Part shown: positions 18,581 to 28,371 of the stretch, in pieces
Position numbering within the stretch: the stretch's first letter is position 1
Layout: each line of letters begins with the position of its first letter
Assembly (NCBI GenBank): GCA_020403265.1
Contig: JADBXZ010000091.1
Coordinates: 9,189 to 73,188 of the forward strand
Direction of reading: 5' to 3'
DNA from: Bacteroidota bacterium
GTDB lineage: Bacteria > Bacteroidota > Bacteroidia > B-17B0 > Aurantibacillaceae
DNA length: 64,000 bases
Made by a program: the position numbers and the translations under genes
Notes under the pieces: generated by a model
What the model was told of the DNA's origin: nothing
Database searches by the model: none
The model's input: only the letters and a program-made list of their open reading frames with translations

Positions 18581-20023
18581 TTACTTTTTTTTAAGTTTTG
18601 TATTCACAAAAACTAAAATTTGTTCTTTATCTCTTTTAGTAATAAGAAAATAAAAAACCACTAAGGATAGAATATAAAAAAACAAACGGTAATAAATCCT
18701 TGTATTCACAAAAAACACTGATCCTAACATTAATACTAAACCAATAAATATTATTAGTAAGGAATATTTATTAAAATATACTTTTTCTTTTAAATACAAG
18801 TACAGTGAAAGAACAAATGTTTGCTCAATACTGGTTATAATTAACGTATAACCTAGAATTTTAATGCCGTATTTTTTTAAGAAAAAATAAGGAATTGTGA
18901 TGACCAAAGAATATGCTATTAAAGTAACAATAGTATAAATTTTAAATCGCTCAAGTCCTACTATATTTGCTTGTATACCTAATTGAATATTTAGTAAATA
19001 CTGTGCGATAATAAACACATATAGTATAGGCCCCAACTGCAAGAATTTTTTACTATAAAGTGTGTGAATAACTGTATCAGAAAACAAAATCCCTGGTACA
19101 AATAAAAGTATGGACGATAGCACAATTACCTTAATGTAGTCATTTAGTCTCTTATTTCTTTCATCTACACTAATCGTTTCTGAAGCTTTAGCATTAAACA
19201 TAAATTGCATTGACGTTCCTACTAAAGCAAGGTAGTTCGTAAAGGTGCTGGCCGCTCTATATAGCCCTAATGAGAGCATATCTAGAAATCGGACAACAAT
19301 AATTCGCTGTAAATGAATGCTTATTAAATTAAAAATTCCTATGAATAAATTTAAACTTCCAAAATGCATCACTTTTTTGTATAATTCATTTTTAAAATCA
19401 GGCCATGCAATCTTTGGCCTATTTTCATTGCTTTTATATAAGAAAATGAACAGTCCGAAGAACGCAATCACCAAAACATTAATAAAGAAACCAGTTAAAC
19501 CAAATAATAAAACTAAAACTACAGCACTTATTACGTCAAACAACCTTAGAACAATTTTTCTATAGATAGTTTCGTTGACCATTAACATGCCTTGGAAATA
19601 CGCTTGCATAATTGAATTCAAACTAGTTCCTAGAAAAGATGCCGCAAAAAGAGCATAATATTGAAAGCTAACATCTCTATCAATAAAAGTATTAATAATG
19701 AAATCAGAAAAAATGAAAAACACAGAAATAAAAAAAAGGCTGGTAAATAATGTTATCGAAAAAGCAAAATTTAATATTTGCCTAACTTCATTTTGTTTAT
19801 CACGACTACGATAATCTGATACATATCTCATGACAGGTGTGCTTAACCAACCACCGGCAAATATCAGAAAAAACCCGAAGAAAGAATCTAAAATAGAAAA
19901 CAAACCATAACCCTCCGGACCAACTGTTACGGCTAAGTATTTATTTTTTAAAACGCCAACAATAATCAGTGCAATTTCAGTCGAGCCAATTTTAACAGTA
20001 CTTTTTAGTAAATCTTTCATCAA
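18581..20023 (-). CDS. wzx: Oligosaccharide flippase (Wzx)
   Basis: About 12-14 hydrophobic segments, GPEGYG motif after the first helix, and locus context. Confidence 0.75.
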   Translation of the reverse strand: MMKDLLKSTVKIGSTEIALIIVGVLKNKYLAVTVGPEGYGLFSILDSFFGFFLIFAGGWLSTPVMRYVSDYRSRDKQNEVRQILNFAFSITLFTSLFFISVFFIFSDFIINTFIDRDVSFQYYALFAASFLGTSLNSIMQAYFQGMLMVNETIYRKIVLRLFDVISAVVLVLLFGLTGFFINVLVIAFFGLFIFLYKSNENRPKIAWPDFKNELYKKVMHFGSLNLFIGIFNLISIHLQRIIVVRFLDMLSLGLYRAASTFTNYLALVGTSMQFMFNAKASETISVDERNKRLNDYIKVIVLSSILLFVPGILFSDTVIHTLYSKKFLQLGPILYVFIIAQYLLNIQLGIQANIVGLERFKIYTIVTLIAYSLVITIPYFFLKKYGIKILGYTLIITSIEQTFVLSLYLYLKEKVYFNKYSLLIIFIGLVLMLGSVFFVNTRIYYRLFFYILSLVVFYFLITKRDKEQILVFVNTKLKKK

Positions 20024-20033
20024 AGAGGGATCT

Positions 20034-21098
20034 TTAAAACTTTATCAATTTGATAATTCTCTCAATCGATTCCATCTCTAGCCCAACATATAACGGTAGG
20101 CATAATGCTCTCTTAGAAACGCTTTCACTTATAGGCATGGAATTACCATTTACGTAATTAACAGTATTAAGAGAAGGGTAAAAATAACGTCGTGGTGTAA
20201 TATCGTTGTCGTTTAAATTCTTCTCTGCCCTCAGCAAATCTTCTTCAGTCTCAAATACCACTGGGAAATAACTGTAATTCCATTCGGCACCTTCCCGAAT
20301 TTTTAAGTGCTTTATATTTTTCAACTCTGTCTTGTAAAAATTCACAATTTTTTTCCGTTCACTTATAACATCTTCCAAATGAGGAAGCACTGCCAGTCCC
20401 ATCGCCGCCTGCAATTCTGAAATTTTTCCGTTTATACCCAAGCCATGAAAATCCAGGGTACCATTATGCCCGAAATTATGGCTATAAAACAACTGGTGAT
20501 TTAACTCGTTGTCGTTACAAAACATAGCTCCACCCTCTCCGGTATGAAACAATTTAGTGGCATGAAAGCTACAAGTGCTGACGTCACCGAAATTGAATAT
20601 ACTTTGATTTTTGTATTTAACCCCGAAAGCATGCGCAGCATCATAAATTACTTTTAAATCATATTTATTAGCAATTAGTTCGATTTTTTCAATATTACAT
20701 GGATTACCGTAAACATGCGTAGCAAGTATGGCTGTGGTTTTATTAGTAACTGCTGCCTCAATTTTCGTTTCATCTATTGTTAAATATTCAGGATCAATAT
20801 CTACGAAAACAGGAAAGCAATTTTCCCAAATTATAGAAGAGGTGGTTGCAATATAGGAAAATGGAGTCGTAATAATTTCGCCTTGTTTCCCTAAAATTTT
20901 TAATGCAATTTGTAGCGGAATAGTTCCATTTGTTGTAAGAATAATATTTTTGATATTTAAATATGATTTGAGTTTAGCTTCTAAATCCAAAACGAGTGGT
21001 CCGCGGTTAGTAACCCAATTTGTATCCCATATCTTTTTTAATAATTCTATGTATTCTTCTTTTGGTGGTAAATATGATTTTGTTACGTTAATTTTCAT
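20034..21098 (-). CDS. DegT/DnrJ/EryC1/StrS sugar aminotransferase (VioA-like)
   Basis: TPFSYIATTSS, THVYGNPC, YDAAHAFG and SFHATKLFHTGEGG motifs. Confidence 0.9.
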   Translation of the reverse strand: MKINVTKSYLPPKEEYIELLKKIWDTNWVTNRGPLVLDLEAKLKSYLNIKNIILTTNGTIPLQIALKILGKQGEIITTPFSYIATTSSIIWENCFPVFVDIDPEYLTIDETKIEAAVTNKTTAILATHVYGNPCNIEKIELIANKYDLKVIYDAAHAFGVKYKNQSIFNFGDVSTCSFHATKLFHTGEGGAMFCNDNELNHQLFYSHNFGHNGTLDFHGLGINGKISELQAAMGLAVLPHLEDVISERKKIVNFYKTELKNIKHLKIREGAEWNYSYFPVVFETEEDLLRAEKNLNDNDITPRRYFYPSLNTVNYVNGNSMPISESVSKRALCLPLYVGLEMESIERIIKLIKF

Positions 21099-22036
21099 TT
21101 GATATTTGATTTAAGAATCTCATTAATTTTTAAGGATAATTTCTTTGCACCTATAAAATTAAGGTGGTTCACATCTCTAAAATCATTATTAGTAAAGGTA
21201 GAGTCTGATTGAAAATTATAAAACAAAATTTTATCTTCCGTAATTAATCTATTTAAAGCAATGATATTGGAGTCTAATATTACACTTGGTATAGAGTTGT
21301 AGTAATATTGTGATGTAGGCGGCTGAATTAAAAATAGTTTTATTCCATATTGCTTCAGCAACGTATATAGATTTTTAATATATTTTTCATTCGAATTATT
21401 GTGTAAATCAGTTTCGGTCAGATGAATTTTAACGGTTTCTTTCCCCATACTAGAATTTACTAAGCTCTCGTTGGCATCATCCTCACCGTATTCCCATCCT
21501 AACGAATCTATTTTATGAATATTAGACAATGATTTTTCAAATTTATTTCTCATGAAGACGGACTGGACAATTGTTCTAACGTCATAAATGCCACATTTAA
21601 ATTTCCAAGTGAATGAATATTCTCCAGATTCTGGAATTATATGCCAATAATGGTAATAAAACTTCTCTCTCCACTTTTCAATGTTCTTTGAATACGATGA
21701 CTTTAGCATTAATGGCCCAATAGATAATACTACCGTTTTAAGTTTTGGTAATTTAGTTAAGTTACTTTCAATTAATTTACAACTGTTGTATATAGTTTGT
21801 GATGAGTTCGACAAGTTAAAGCTAGAGAAGGAGGAAATATATTTAGGCGCTATACCAAGTTGACTTTCAGATGCTCCAATAAAAATTATATCTATTTTTG
21901 GTTCGCATTTTGTAAAGTTGTTTTTAATTTTAGAATATGAAGTTGGATACTTATTTAATATTATTTCTGCAAAAGAGAAGAAAATTACTAAAGGTAAAAT
22001 AAGCATACTAATTTTGAATAAAACTTGCTTAACCAT
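21095..22036 (-). CDS. SGNH/DltD-AlgJ-like partner of the MBOAT acyltransferase
   Basis: N-terminal anchor, FIGASES (GxS) and DVNHLN (DxxH) motifs; directly downstream of the MBOAT gene. Confidence 0.7.
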   Translation of the reverse strand: MVKQVLFKISMLILPLVIFFSFAEIILNKYPTSYSKIKNNFTKCEPKIDIIFIGASESQLGIAPKYISSFSSFNLSNSSQTIYNSCKLIESNLTKLPKLKTVVLSIGPLMLKSSYSKNIEKWREKFYYHYWHIIPESGEYSFTWKFKCGIYDVRTIVQSVFMRNKFEKSLSNIHKIDSLGWEYGEDDANESLVNSSMGKETVKIHLTETDLHNNSNEKYIKNLYTLLKQYGIKLFLIQPPTSQYYYNSIPSVILDSNIIALNRLITEDKILFYNFQSDSTFTNNDFRDVNHLNFIGAKKLSLKINEILKSNIK

Positions 22037-23476
22037 TCAGAATTGAAAGTAAATGAAGTTTCTGTTTTCAAAAACTCCAAAAAAAACTATTGATAGTACG
22101 AGTGCGTAGTATAACCCCCACCTTATTATTTTATTACTCATTAGGTAATTTAAAAAATAACGACGTTGATTTATTAAGTATTGTCCTATTTGTAAGCATA
22201 TTATTATGCTAATAGAAAAAATTAATTGCTTTTTATTTAGTCCAATGTTCTGTACTACAGCTTCATTTTTTCTGATGCTATCAAATAAATCATCAATTCC
22301 ATAAGCCATTTTTTTTATTACTATAATTGCGCACTCTAGATTTGGCGCTCTAAAAAAAATCCAGGTAAAAGAAATTAGCATAAAGGTTATAAAAATATTA
22401 ACCAGATTAAATTTACTAAACCAATTAAATCCTACTTTATTTTTAATAACTCCTCCAATTAGAAAGATTCCATTTAAGCCACCCCAAGCTATAAATGTCC
22501 AATTCGCTCCATGCCACAAACCACTTAAAATGAAGACCACCAATAAATTGAAACAATTTCTTAATAAAGTTACTTTATTACCCCCTAAACTAATGTATAA
22601 ATAATCTTTAAACCAGGTAGATAAAGAGATGTGCCAACGTTTCCAAAACTCGGAAATATTTTTAGAAGCATATGGTCTGTTAAAATTTATCATAAGTTTA
22701 AAGCCCATAACTTTTGCACAACCAATAGCCATGTCTGAATAACCAGAAAAATCACAGTAAATTTGAAAAGTAAAAAATATGATAGCAATGATTAAACTTA
22801 AACTATTATAGTTTTCTGGCGCAGCGTAAACTGTATCAACTGCTATTGCTAAACGATCAGCAACAACCACTTTTTTAAATAAGCCCCAAGCCATTAATTT
22901 TAACCCACTTGTTACTAAGAAATAATCAAACTTATGCTCTTCTCGAAATTGGTGTAATAGGTTTTGAGGTCTTTCTATTGGACCTGCTACTAATTGAGGG
23001 TAAAACATCACGTAAAGTGAATAAATTCCAAAATGTTTTTCAGCTTTTTGGTTACCTCTATAAACTTCAATCGTGTAGCTCATTGCCTGAAATGTATGAA
23101 AAGAAAGACCAATTGGTAAAATGATATTTATATATGGTAATTTGTTTTCAAGACCAATTTGATTCAAAAACGGATTTATATTGTCGATAAAAAAGTTGTA
23201 ATACTTAAAAACCACTAGTATTCCTATATTGGCAATTAAACTAATTAGAAGTAATGCTTTTCTTCTTTTCCCTGAAGTGCTTTCTATAAAAATTCCGGCA
23301 AAATAATCAATTACAATTGTGCCAGCTAAAATGAGAATATAAATGGGTATGAAGGCCATATAGAAATAGCAACTGGCAGTTAATAACCAAACCCATCTAT
23401 GTTTAAATTTCAAACAAAAGTACACCGAGGTTACTAAGATGAAGAAGACTAGAAAATGAAGGGAATTGAAAAGCAA
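22037..23476 (-). CDS. MBOAT O-acyltransferase (AlgI/DltB family)
   Basis: LPIGLSFHTFQ, FYPQLVAGPIER, YCDFSGYSD, FWKRWHISLSTWF and SGLWHGA motifs; TTG start. Confidence 0.92.
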   Translation of the reverse strand: MLFNSLHFLVFFILVTSVYFCLKFKHRWVWLLTASCYFYMAFIPIYILILAGTIVIDYFAGIFIESTSGKRRKALLLISLIANIGILVVFKYYNFFIDNINPFLNQIGLENKLPYINIILPIGLSFHTFQAMSYTIEVYRGNQKAEKHFGIYSLYVMFYPQLVAGPIERPQNLLHQFREEHKFDYFLVTSGLKLMAWGLFKKVVVADRLAIAVDTVYAAPENYNSLSLIIAIIFFTFQIYCDFSGYSDMAIGCAKVMGFKLMINFNRPYASKNISEFWKRWHISLSTWFKDYLYISLGGNKVTLLRNCFNLLVVFILSGLWHGANWTFIAWGGLNGIFLIGGVIKNKVGFNWFSKFNLVNIFITFMLISFTWIFFRAPNLECAIIVIKKMAYGIDDLFDSIRKNEAVVQNIGLNKKQLIFSISIIICLQIGQYLINQRRYFLNYLMSNKIIRWGLYYALVLSIVFFGVFENRNFIYFQF

Positions 23477-23505
23477 ATGATTTAAATTATTGAGGTTAAG
23501 CTTAT

Positions 23506-25734
23506 TTACTTAATGTATTTTATTCCAATATAATATTCACAACGTGGTTTATAGTCCTCATTGATAGGAAATTTGGCGTTTAATTTGAGGATTTGTTCTC
23601 TACTTAATTGTGAAGTCTCCATACTATCAATTTCCAATAATTCATTTTCCAACATTGGAAGTTTGGAATAGAGATTTTTTTTTAGCGCTATATTGGGTAC
23701 AATAGAACTTTCGGAAGCAATACAGAAAAACCCATATTGTTTCACGTTTGAAAACACAGAGGCGATTGTTTTTGGAATAACTCTATATTCATCCATCCAA
23801 ATCATACAATTGCCATTTAACTTTAGATGTTCTTTAATTAACTGGAAAAACTCTTTTGAATATAGATTGTTGCTATATGCTGAGGTAGAAAGTAATGGAT
23901 CTATTAAAATTAAATCGTAATATTCATTTGATTTATAAAGAAACTTTCTGCCATCTTCAATATTTGTGGAGATATGTTTTGACTTTAACATCACATTTAG
24001 GTAATCAATTTGGTTTAAATTATCTAAGAGAGATTTACTTAATTCGACTAGAGTAATTGCAGGTACTGGATTATGCAGTAGGATTGTTTCTGTTATCGAA
24101 CCAGTTCCATAGCCAATAATTAGGACATTTTTCAATTCTTTGCAGGAAGCCAGCGCCTCAATCGCTTCATAATAAAAAAATGCTGTTGGTCTTCCACCAT
24201 GTGATAATCCGTTGATGTATGTTCTTAACTTTTCTTGATTGTGAAAAGTTACAATTACACCATCAATAGTTTCAGTAAAAATTATTTTATCATTAACATC
24301 AAAAACATATTTCGGATGGATTACTTTATAAAGTTCGGACTTTTTTGGATAACTAGAAGTAATAAAAACTACTAATAAGATTAAATAACCCAGTTTTGCA
24401 ATCGGTTTAAACATAGTTCTTTTACTTTTAATGAATAGTAAAAAAAACAAGCCGACAATAGATAATAGCAATAAGGTATTTTCGGTGCCTATATAATTAA
24501 GAAACACAAAGCCGGTTACCAGTCCTCCGCTTACGTTACCTAATACGCTGAAGAAATACACTTTACCTACTGCTTGACCGTCGTTTTGATTGCTAAATGC
24601 AATTGACGTGATTAAAGGAAAACTTGCACCCATCAGTATTGAAGGGATGGATATAAAAATTATAGGCCAAATAAATATGTCTAATAAATTATAAAGACTG
24701 GTAACAAAGGCCTTTATGGAATTAGTTGATATACTTAAACTTGGATGTAGCATTTGTGTGAAGCTTAGTTTTTGAAGTTGGCTAATGATATTTTCTTTTT
24801 TTAATAGTAAATAAAGAAATGCCATAGAAAGTATTACAAAAATTGCAATACAAAATTGAAAAAAGTAGAATAAATTCTTTTTGTTAATGCGGTTGTTTTG
24901 ACTTAATTTCTTTTTCATCAAAAAGCTACCAATCGCTATTCCTAGAAGGAATATAAATAATACAGAGGAAAATGAGTAGGCTGAAGCCTTGAATAGAACG
25001 CCCATTAGTCTAAACCATACTATTTCGTAGCTTATAGATATAAATCCCGTAATAAAAACAATCAGGAACACAGTACTTTTTATTGAAAATTGTTTTATGT
25101 TATTTATTTCAGTATTAATGTTTTTGTCGTCAATTGTTAAATATGATTTTCTTTTTAAAAAAAGAATAAGAGCAATTAAAAAATTGATTCCGGCAGCAAT
25201 GTACACACTGGTATCTATGCCTAAGAATGAAATAAGTACAAAACTACTGATTATTGTCCCAAAAGCTGCGCCTAAAGTATTAATGTAGTACAGAAAGCTA
25301 ACACTAAACATAAAGTTTTGCTCGATCGAATTGAAAATTTTTGTTAGTAATGGCAAAGTTAGCCCCATTAGAATGGTTGGTATACATAAAAAAATAAACA
25401 TAAACAGAAAAGACATGTAGTAGTTTGCTCCAGCTGTTTTTTTCCCTAGATATTCCAAAAATAAAATACTGAGTAACCCAAAAAACCCAATTAGTAATTC
25501 TATTGTATAGTAAAGCTTAACTTTATTTTTAACTTTCTCACTTAAATTTCCTCCAATAATAGCACCTATGCCTAAGCCTAACATATAAACACTTACGATT
25601 AGTGTGGTTGAAATATGTTCAACACTATAGTATAGTGTGAGGATTCTCTGCCAACAAACTTGATAAATTAGACTTGAGAATCCTGATAAGAAAAACACAA
25701 TAATGAATAGGTTACTATTTGATTTTATTTTCAC
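23506..25734 (-). CDS. Fused multi-pass membrane / spermidine synthase-like protein
   Basis: About 13 TM segments (SGFSSLIYQVCW, PTILMG, GFISISYE), followed by IIGYGTG, VELS, EDGR, ILIDP SAM-binding-like motifs; GTG start. Confidence 0.85.
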   Translation of the reverse strand: MKIKSNSNLFIIVFFLSGFSSLIYQVCWQRILTLYYSVEHISTTLIVSVYMLGLGIGAIIGGNLSEKVKNKVKLYYTIELLIGFFGLLSILFLEYLGKKTAGANYYMSFLFMFIFLCIPTILMGLTLPLLTKIFNSIEQNFMFSVSFLYYINTLGAAFGTIISSFVLISFLGIDTSVYIAAGINFLIALILFLKRKSYLTIDDKNINTEINNIKQFSIKSTVFLIVFITGFISISYEIVWFRLMGVLFKASAYSFSSVLFIFLLGIAIGSFLMKKKLSQNNRINKKNLFYFFQFCIAIFVILSMAFLYLLLKKENIISQLQKLSFTQMLHPSLSISTNSIKAFVTSLYNLLDIFIWPIIFISIPSILMGASFPLITSIAFSNQNDGQAVGKVYFFSVLGNVSGGLVTGFVFLNYIGTENTLLLLSIVGLFFLLFIKSKRTMFKPIAKLGYLILLVVFITSSYPKKSELYKVIHPKYVFDVNDKIIFTETIDGVIVTFHNQEKLRTYINGLSHGGRPTAFFYYEAIEALASCKELKNVLIIGYGTGSITETILLHNPVPAITLVELSKSLLDNLNQIDYLNVMLKSKHISTNIEDGRKFLYKSNEYYDLILIDPLLSTSAYSNNLYSKEFFQLIKEHLKLNGNCMIWMDEYRVIPKTIASVFSNVKQYGFFCIASESSIVPNIALKKNLYSKLPMLENELLEIDSMETSQLSREQILKLNAKFPINEDYKPRCEYYIGIKYIK

Positions 25735-25919
25735 TAAACTTAATTTTTTATGTTTTGGCTAATAATTTTTAATATTTGAATTTTTTGTAACTTATTAAAT
25801 TATTGTTGAAAATAACTAATTTACAGTATGTCTTTTTTAAATTCTGAATTGTTTTTAGTTTTTGAAATTAATTTGACGTAAAGTTTTCAGTTAAGTTTTT
25901 TATATCATTAAATATTATC

Positions 25920-26324
25920 TTAAATTTTCCCAATACCATTCCACAGCTTCTCCGCCGCGGCGGATAATCCTTTCTCTAAATTATGAGACGCCACATAGTC
26001 ATACATTGTTTTTGCTTTATCAATACTTGCCAACGAATGCGGAATGTCGCCCTTTTTCTCCGGACCGTGAATGATTTCAATGTTTGCTATTTGTGGGGCA
26101 TGCTTTGCTAAATATGCTTTAAGTAAACTCAACAGTTGATTTAAATCAGTGCGTTCTCCAACCGCCGTATTGAAGACTTCACCAATAGCTTTTGGGTTAG
26201 TAGTTGCCAAAGCCAGTTTGTTCATTTGCAATACATTGTCGATGTAAGTAAAGTCGCGGCTATTGGTGCCGTTGCCATTGATCACCGGACTTTCGTGTTT
26301 CATGAGTTTCATGCAAAATTTCGG
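25920..26324 (-). pseudogene. 3' partial duplicate of the wbpP-like epimerase gene
   Basis: 25930-26324 matches 27409-27792 with roughly 20 substitutions (manual count). It lacks the N-terminal ~190 aa and has a frameshifting palindrome insertion. Confidence 0.9.
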
Positions 26325-27383
26325 TTAAAGCGTTTCAATTTGTTTTTTAAGTTGATCTTTACTTGGTAAGTATAATTTGTATTCTTTTGCAAATATTTGA
26401 TGATTGTTTTTAGGCAATGTTATTTCAACAACCGTTTTATTTTCCTCTTTACAAAGTATAATACCTATTGTTGGGTTTTCGTTATTAGTTTTTACGAAGC
26501 GGTCATAATAATTCACATACATTTGCATCTGTCCAATATCTTGATGTGTAAGTTTTCCGATCTTAAGGTCAAGTAAAACAAAGCAGTTCAATAATCTGTT
26601 ATAAAATACCAGATCCACATAAAAATGGTCTCCTTCAAACGAAAATCTTTTTTGTCGTCCCGCAAATAAGAATCCTTTCCCCATTTCGAGCATAAAATGT
26701 TCAAGTTTATCTATAATAGCTTTTTCCAGATCTCTTTCGGTATAGTGTGGCCGTTCCTGTAAATCAAGAAATTCCAGCACCAAATGATCTTTTAAGGCAT
26801 CAGTAGGTTTCTGAATGATCTGGCCCTTTTTAGATAATTGTTTTACTTTTTGTTTATTCTTGCTCAAAATAAGGCGTTCATACAAAGATGAGCTGTACTG
26901 TCTTTGCAATTCTCTTACACTCCAATTGTTTTCTGTTGCTTCAATTTCATAAAAATTTCGTTCCTCTTCATTTTCAATTTTCAGTAACGTGGTATAATGT
27001 GACCAAGAAAGCGAAAATAGTAGTTCAGATTTCCGCGACAAGGATGCGGATTTTGGTGTGTTTTTTTGAGCTGAAGATTTCCGCGACGCTGTTGCGGAAA
27101 TTCGTGTTCGGTAATTCAGATAGAATTTTCTGAATCGTTCAAGATTATCAACAGAGAAGCCTCTCCCAAAATCTTTTGTTAGCTTATTACTAATTAGTTT
27201 AAGTGTAAAAGATGCATAACTTGCCCTGGCTTTATTTTTCTGTTCATCTTCTAAAATAAATTTTCCGATTTGGAAATACGTTAACAACATGGTGGTGTTA
27301 ATATTTTGAACTACTTGTTTTTTAGTTAACTCAACAAGTGATTTGATGTTTGAATAAAGAATATGTTCTTTTTTAGATTTCAA
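26325..27383 (-). CDS. yhcG: YhcG / DUF1016 PD-(D/E)XK nuclease family protein
   Basis: LSWSHY, WSVRELQRQ, KDHLVLEFL, GKGFLFAGRQ, DLVFYNRLL...DLK and GQMQMYVNYYD motifs; TTG start. Confidence 0.9.
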   Translation of the reverse strand: MKSKKEHILYSNIKSLVELTKKQVVQNINTTMLLTYFQIGKFILEDEQKNKARASYASFTLKLISNKLTKDFGRGFSVDNLERFRKFYLNYRTRISATASRKSSAQKNTPKSASLSRKSELLFSLSWSHYTTLLKIENEEERNFYEIEATENNWSVRELQRQYSSSLYERLILSKNKQKVKQLSKKGQIIQKPTDALKDHLVLEFLDLQERPHYTERDLEKAIIDKLEHFMLEMGKGFLFAGRQKRFSFEGDHFYVDLVFYNRLLNCFVLLDLKIGKLTHQDIGQMQMYVNYYDRFVKTNNENPTIGIILCKEENKTVVEITLPKNNHQIFAKEYKLYLPSKDQLKKQIETL

Positions 27384-27393
27384 AAATTCCTTT

Positions 27394-28371
27394 TTACTTT
27401 AAGTTATGCCAATACCATTCCACAGCTTCTTTCAATCCTTTCTCCAAATTATGAGACGGTGCAAAACCAAGCATTGTTTTTGCTTTATCAATACTTGCCA
27501 ACGAATGCGGAATGTCGCCCTTTCTCTCCGGACCGTGAATGATTTCAATGTTTGCTATTTGTGGGGCATGCTTTGCTAAAAATGCTTTAAGTAAACTCAA
27601 CAGTTGATTTAAATCAGTGCGTTCTCCCACCGCCGTATTGAAGACTTCACCAATAGCTTTTGGGTTAGTAGTTGCCAAAGCCAGTTCGTTCATTTGCAAT
27701 ACATTGTCAATGTAGGTAAAGTCGCGGCTATTGGTGCCGTCGCCATTGATCACCGGACTTTCATGTTTCATCAATTGCATGCAAAATTTCGGAATGGCTG
27801 CAGCGTATGCTCCGTTAGGGTCTTGGCGGCGGCCATATACATTAAAGTAACGTAAGCCGATGCACTCCAGGCCGTAGTTCAAGCCAAACACATGGGCGTA
27901 TAATTCGTTCACGTATTTGGTAACGGCGTAAGGGGAGAGGGGTTTGCCAATTTTATCTTCCACCTTTGGAAGTGTTTCACTATCGCCGTACGTGCTACTG
28001 CTGGCGGCGTATACAAAGCGTTTCACATTCGCATCACGTGATGCAACCAACATATTTAAAAATCCGTCGATGTTGACACTGTTGGTAGTGATAGGATCAT
28101 TGATGCTGCGGGGTACAGACCCGAGGGCTGCTTGGTGTAAAATGTAGTCTACATCTTGGCATGCTTTTTTGCAGGTGTCGAGATCGCGGATATCGCCTTC
28201 AATGAGTTTGAAGTTTTTATGGTCTTTTAGGTGCGCGATGTTTTCTCGTTTGCCGGTTGCGAAATTGTCGAGACAGGTGATGTAGTTATTTTTGGCAATA
28301 AAATAATCTACGAGGTTGCTTCCGATGAAGCCCGCACCTCCTGTGATTAATATTTTTTTGTTCGTGAGCAT
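27394..28371 (-). CDS. wbpP: UDP-N-acetylglucosamine 4-epimerase (WbpP/TviC-like SDR)
   Basis: TGGAGFIGSNL, HQAALGSVPRSI, SSSTYGD, YAVTK and YFNVYGRRQDPNGAYAA motifs. Confidence 0.85.
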   Translation of the reverse strand: MLTNKKILITGGAGFIGSNLVDYFIAKNNYITCLDNFATGKRENIAHLKDHKNFKLIEGDIRDLDTCKKACQDVDYILHQAALGSVPRSINDPITTNSVNIDGFLNMLVASRDANVKRFVYAASSSTYGDSETLPKVEDKIGKPLSPYAVTKYVNELYAHVFGLNYGLECIGLRYFNVYGRRQDPNGAYAAAIPKFCMQLMKHESPVINGDGTNSRDFTYIDNVLQMNELALATTNPKAIGEVFNTAVGERTDLNQLLSLLKAFLAKHAPQIANIEIIHGPERKGDIPHSLASIDKAKTMLGFAPSHNLEKGLKEAVEWYWHNLK

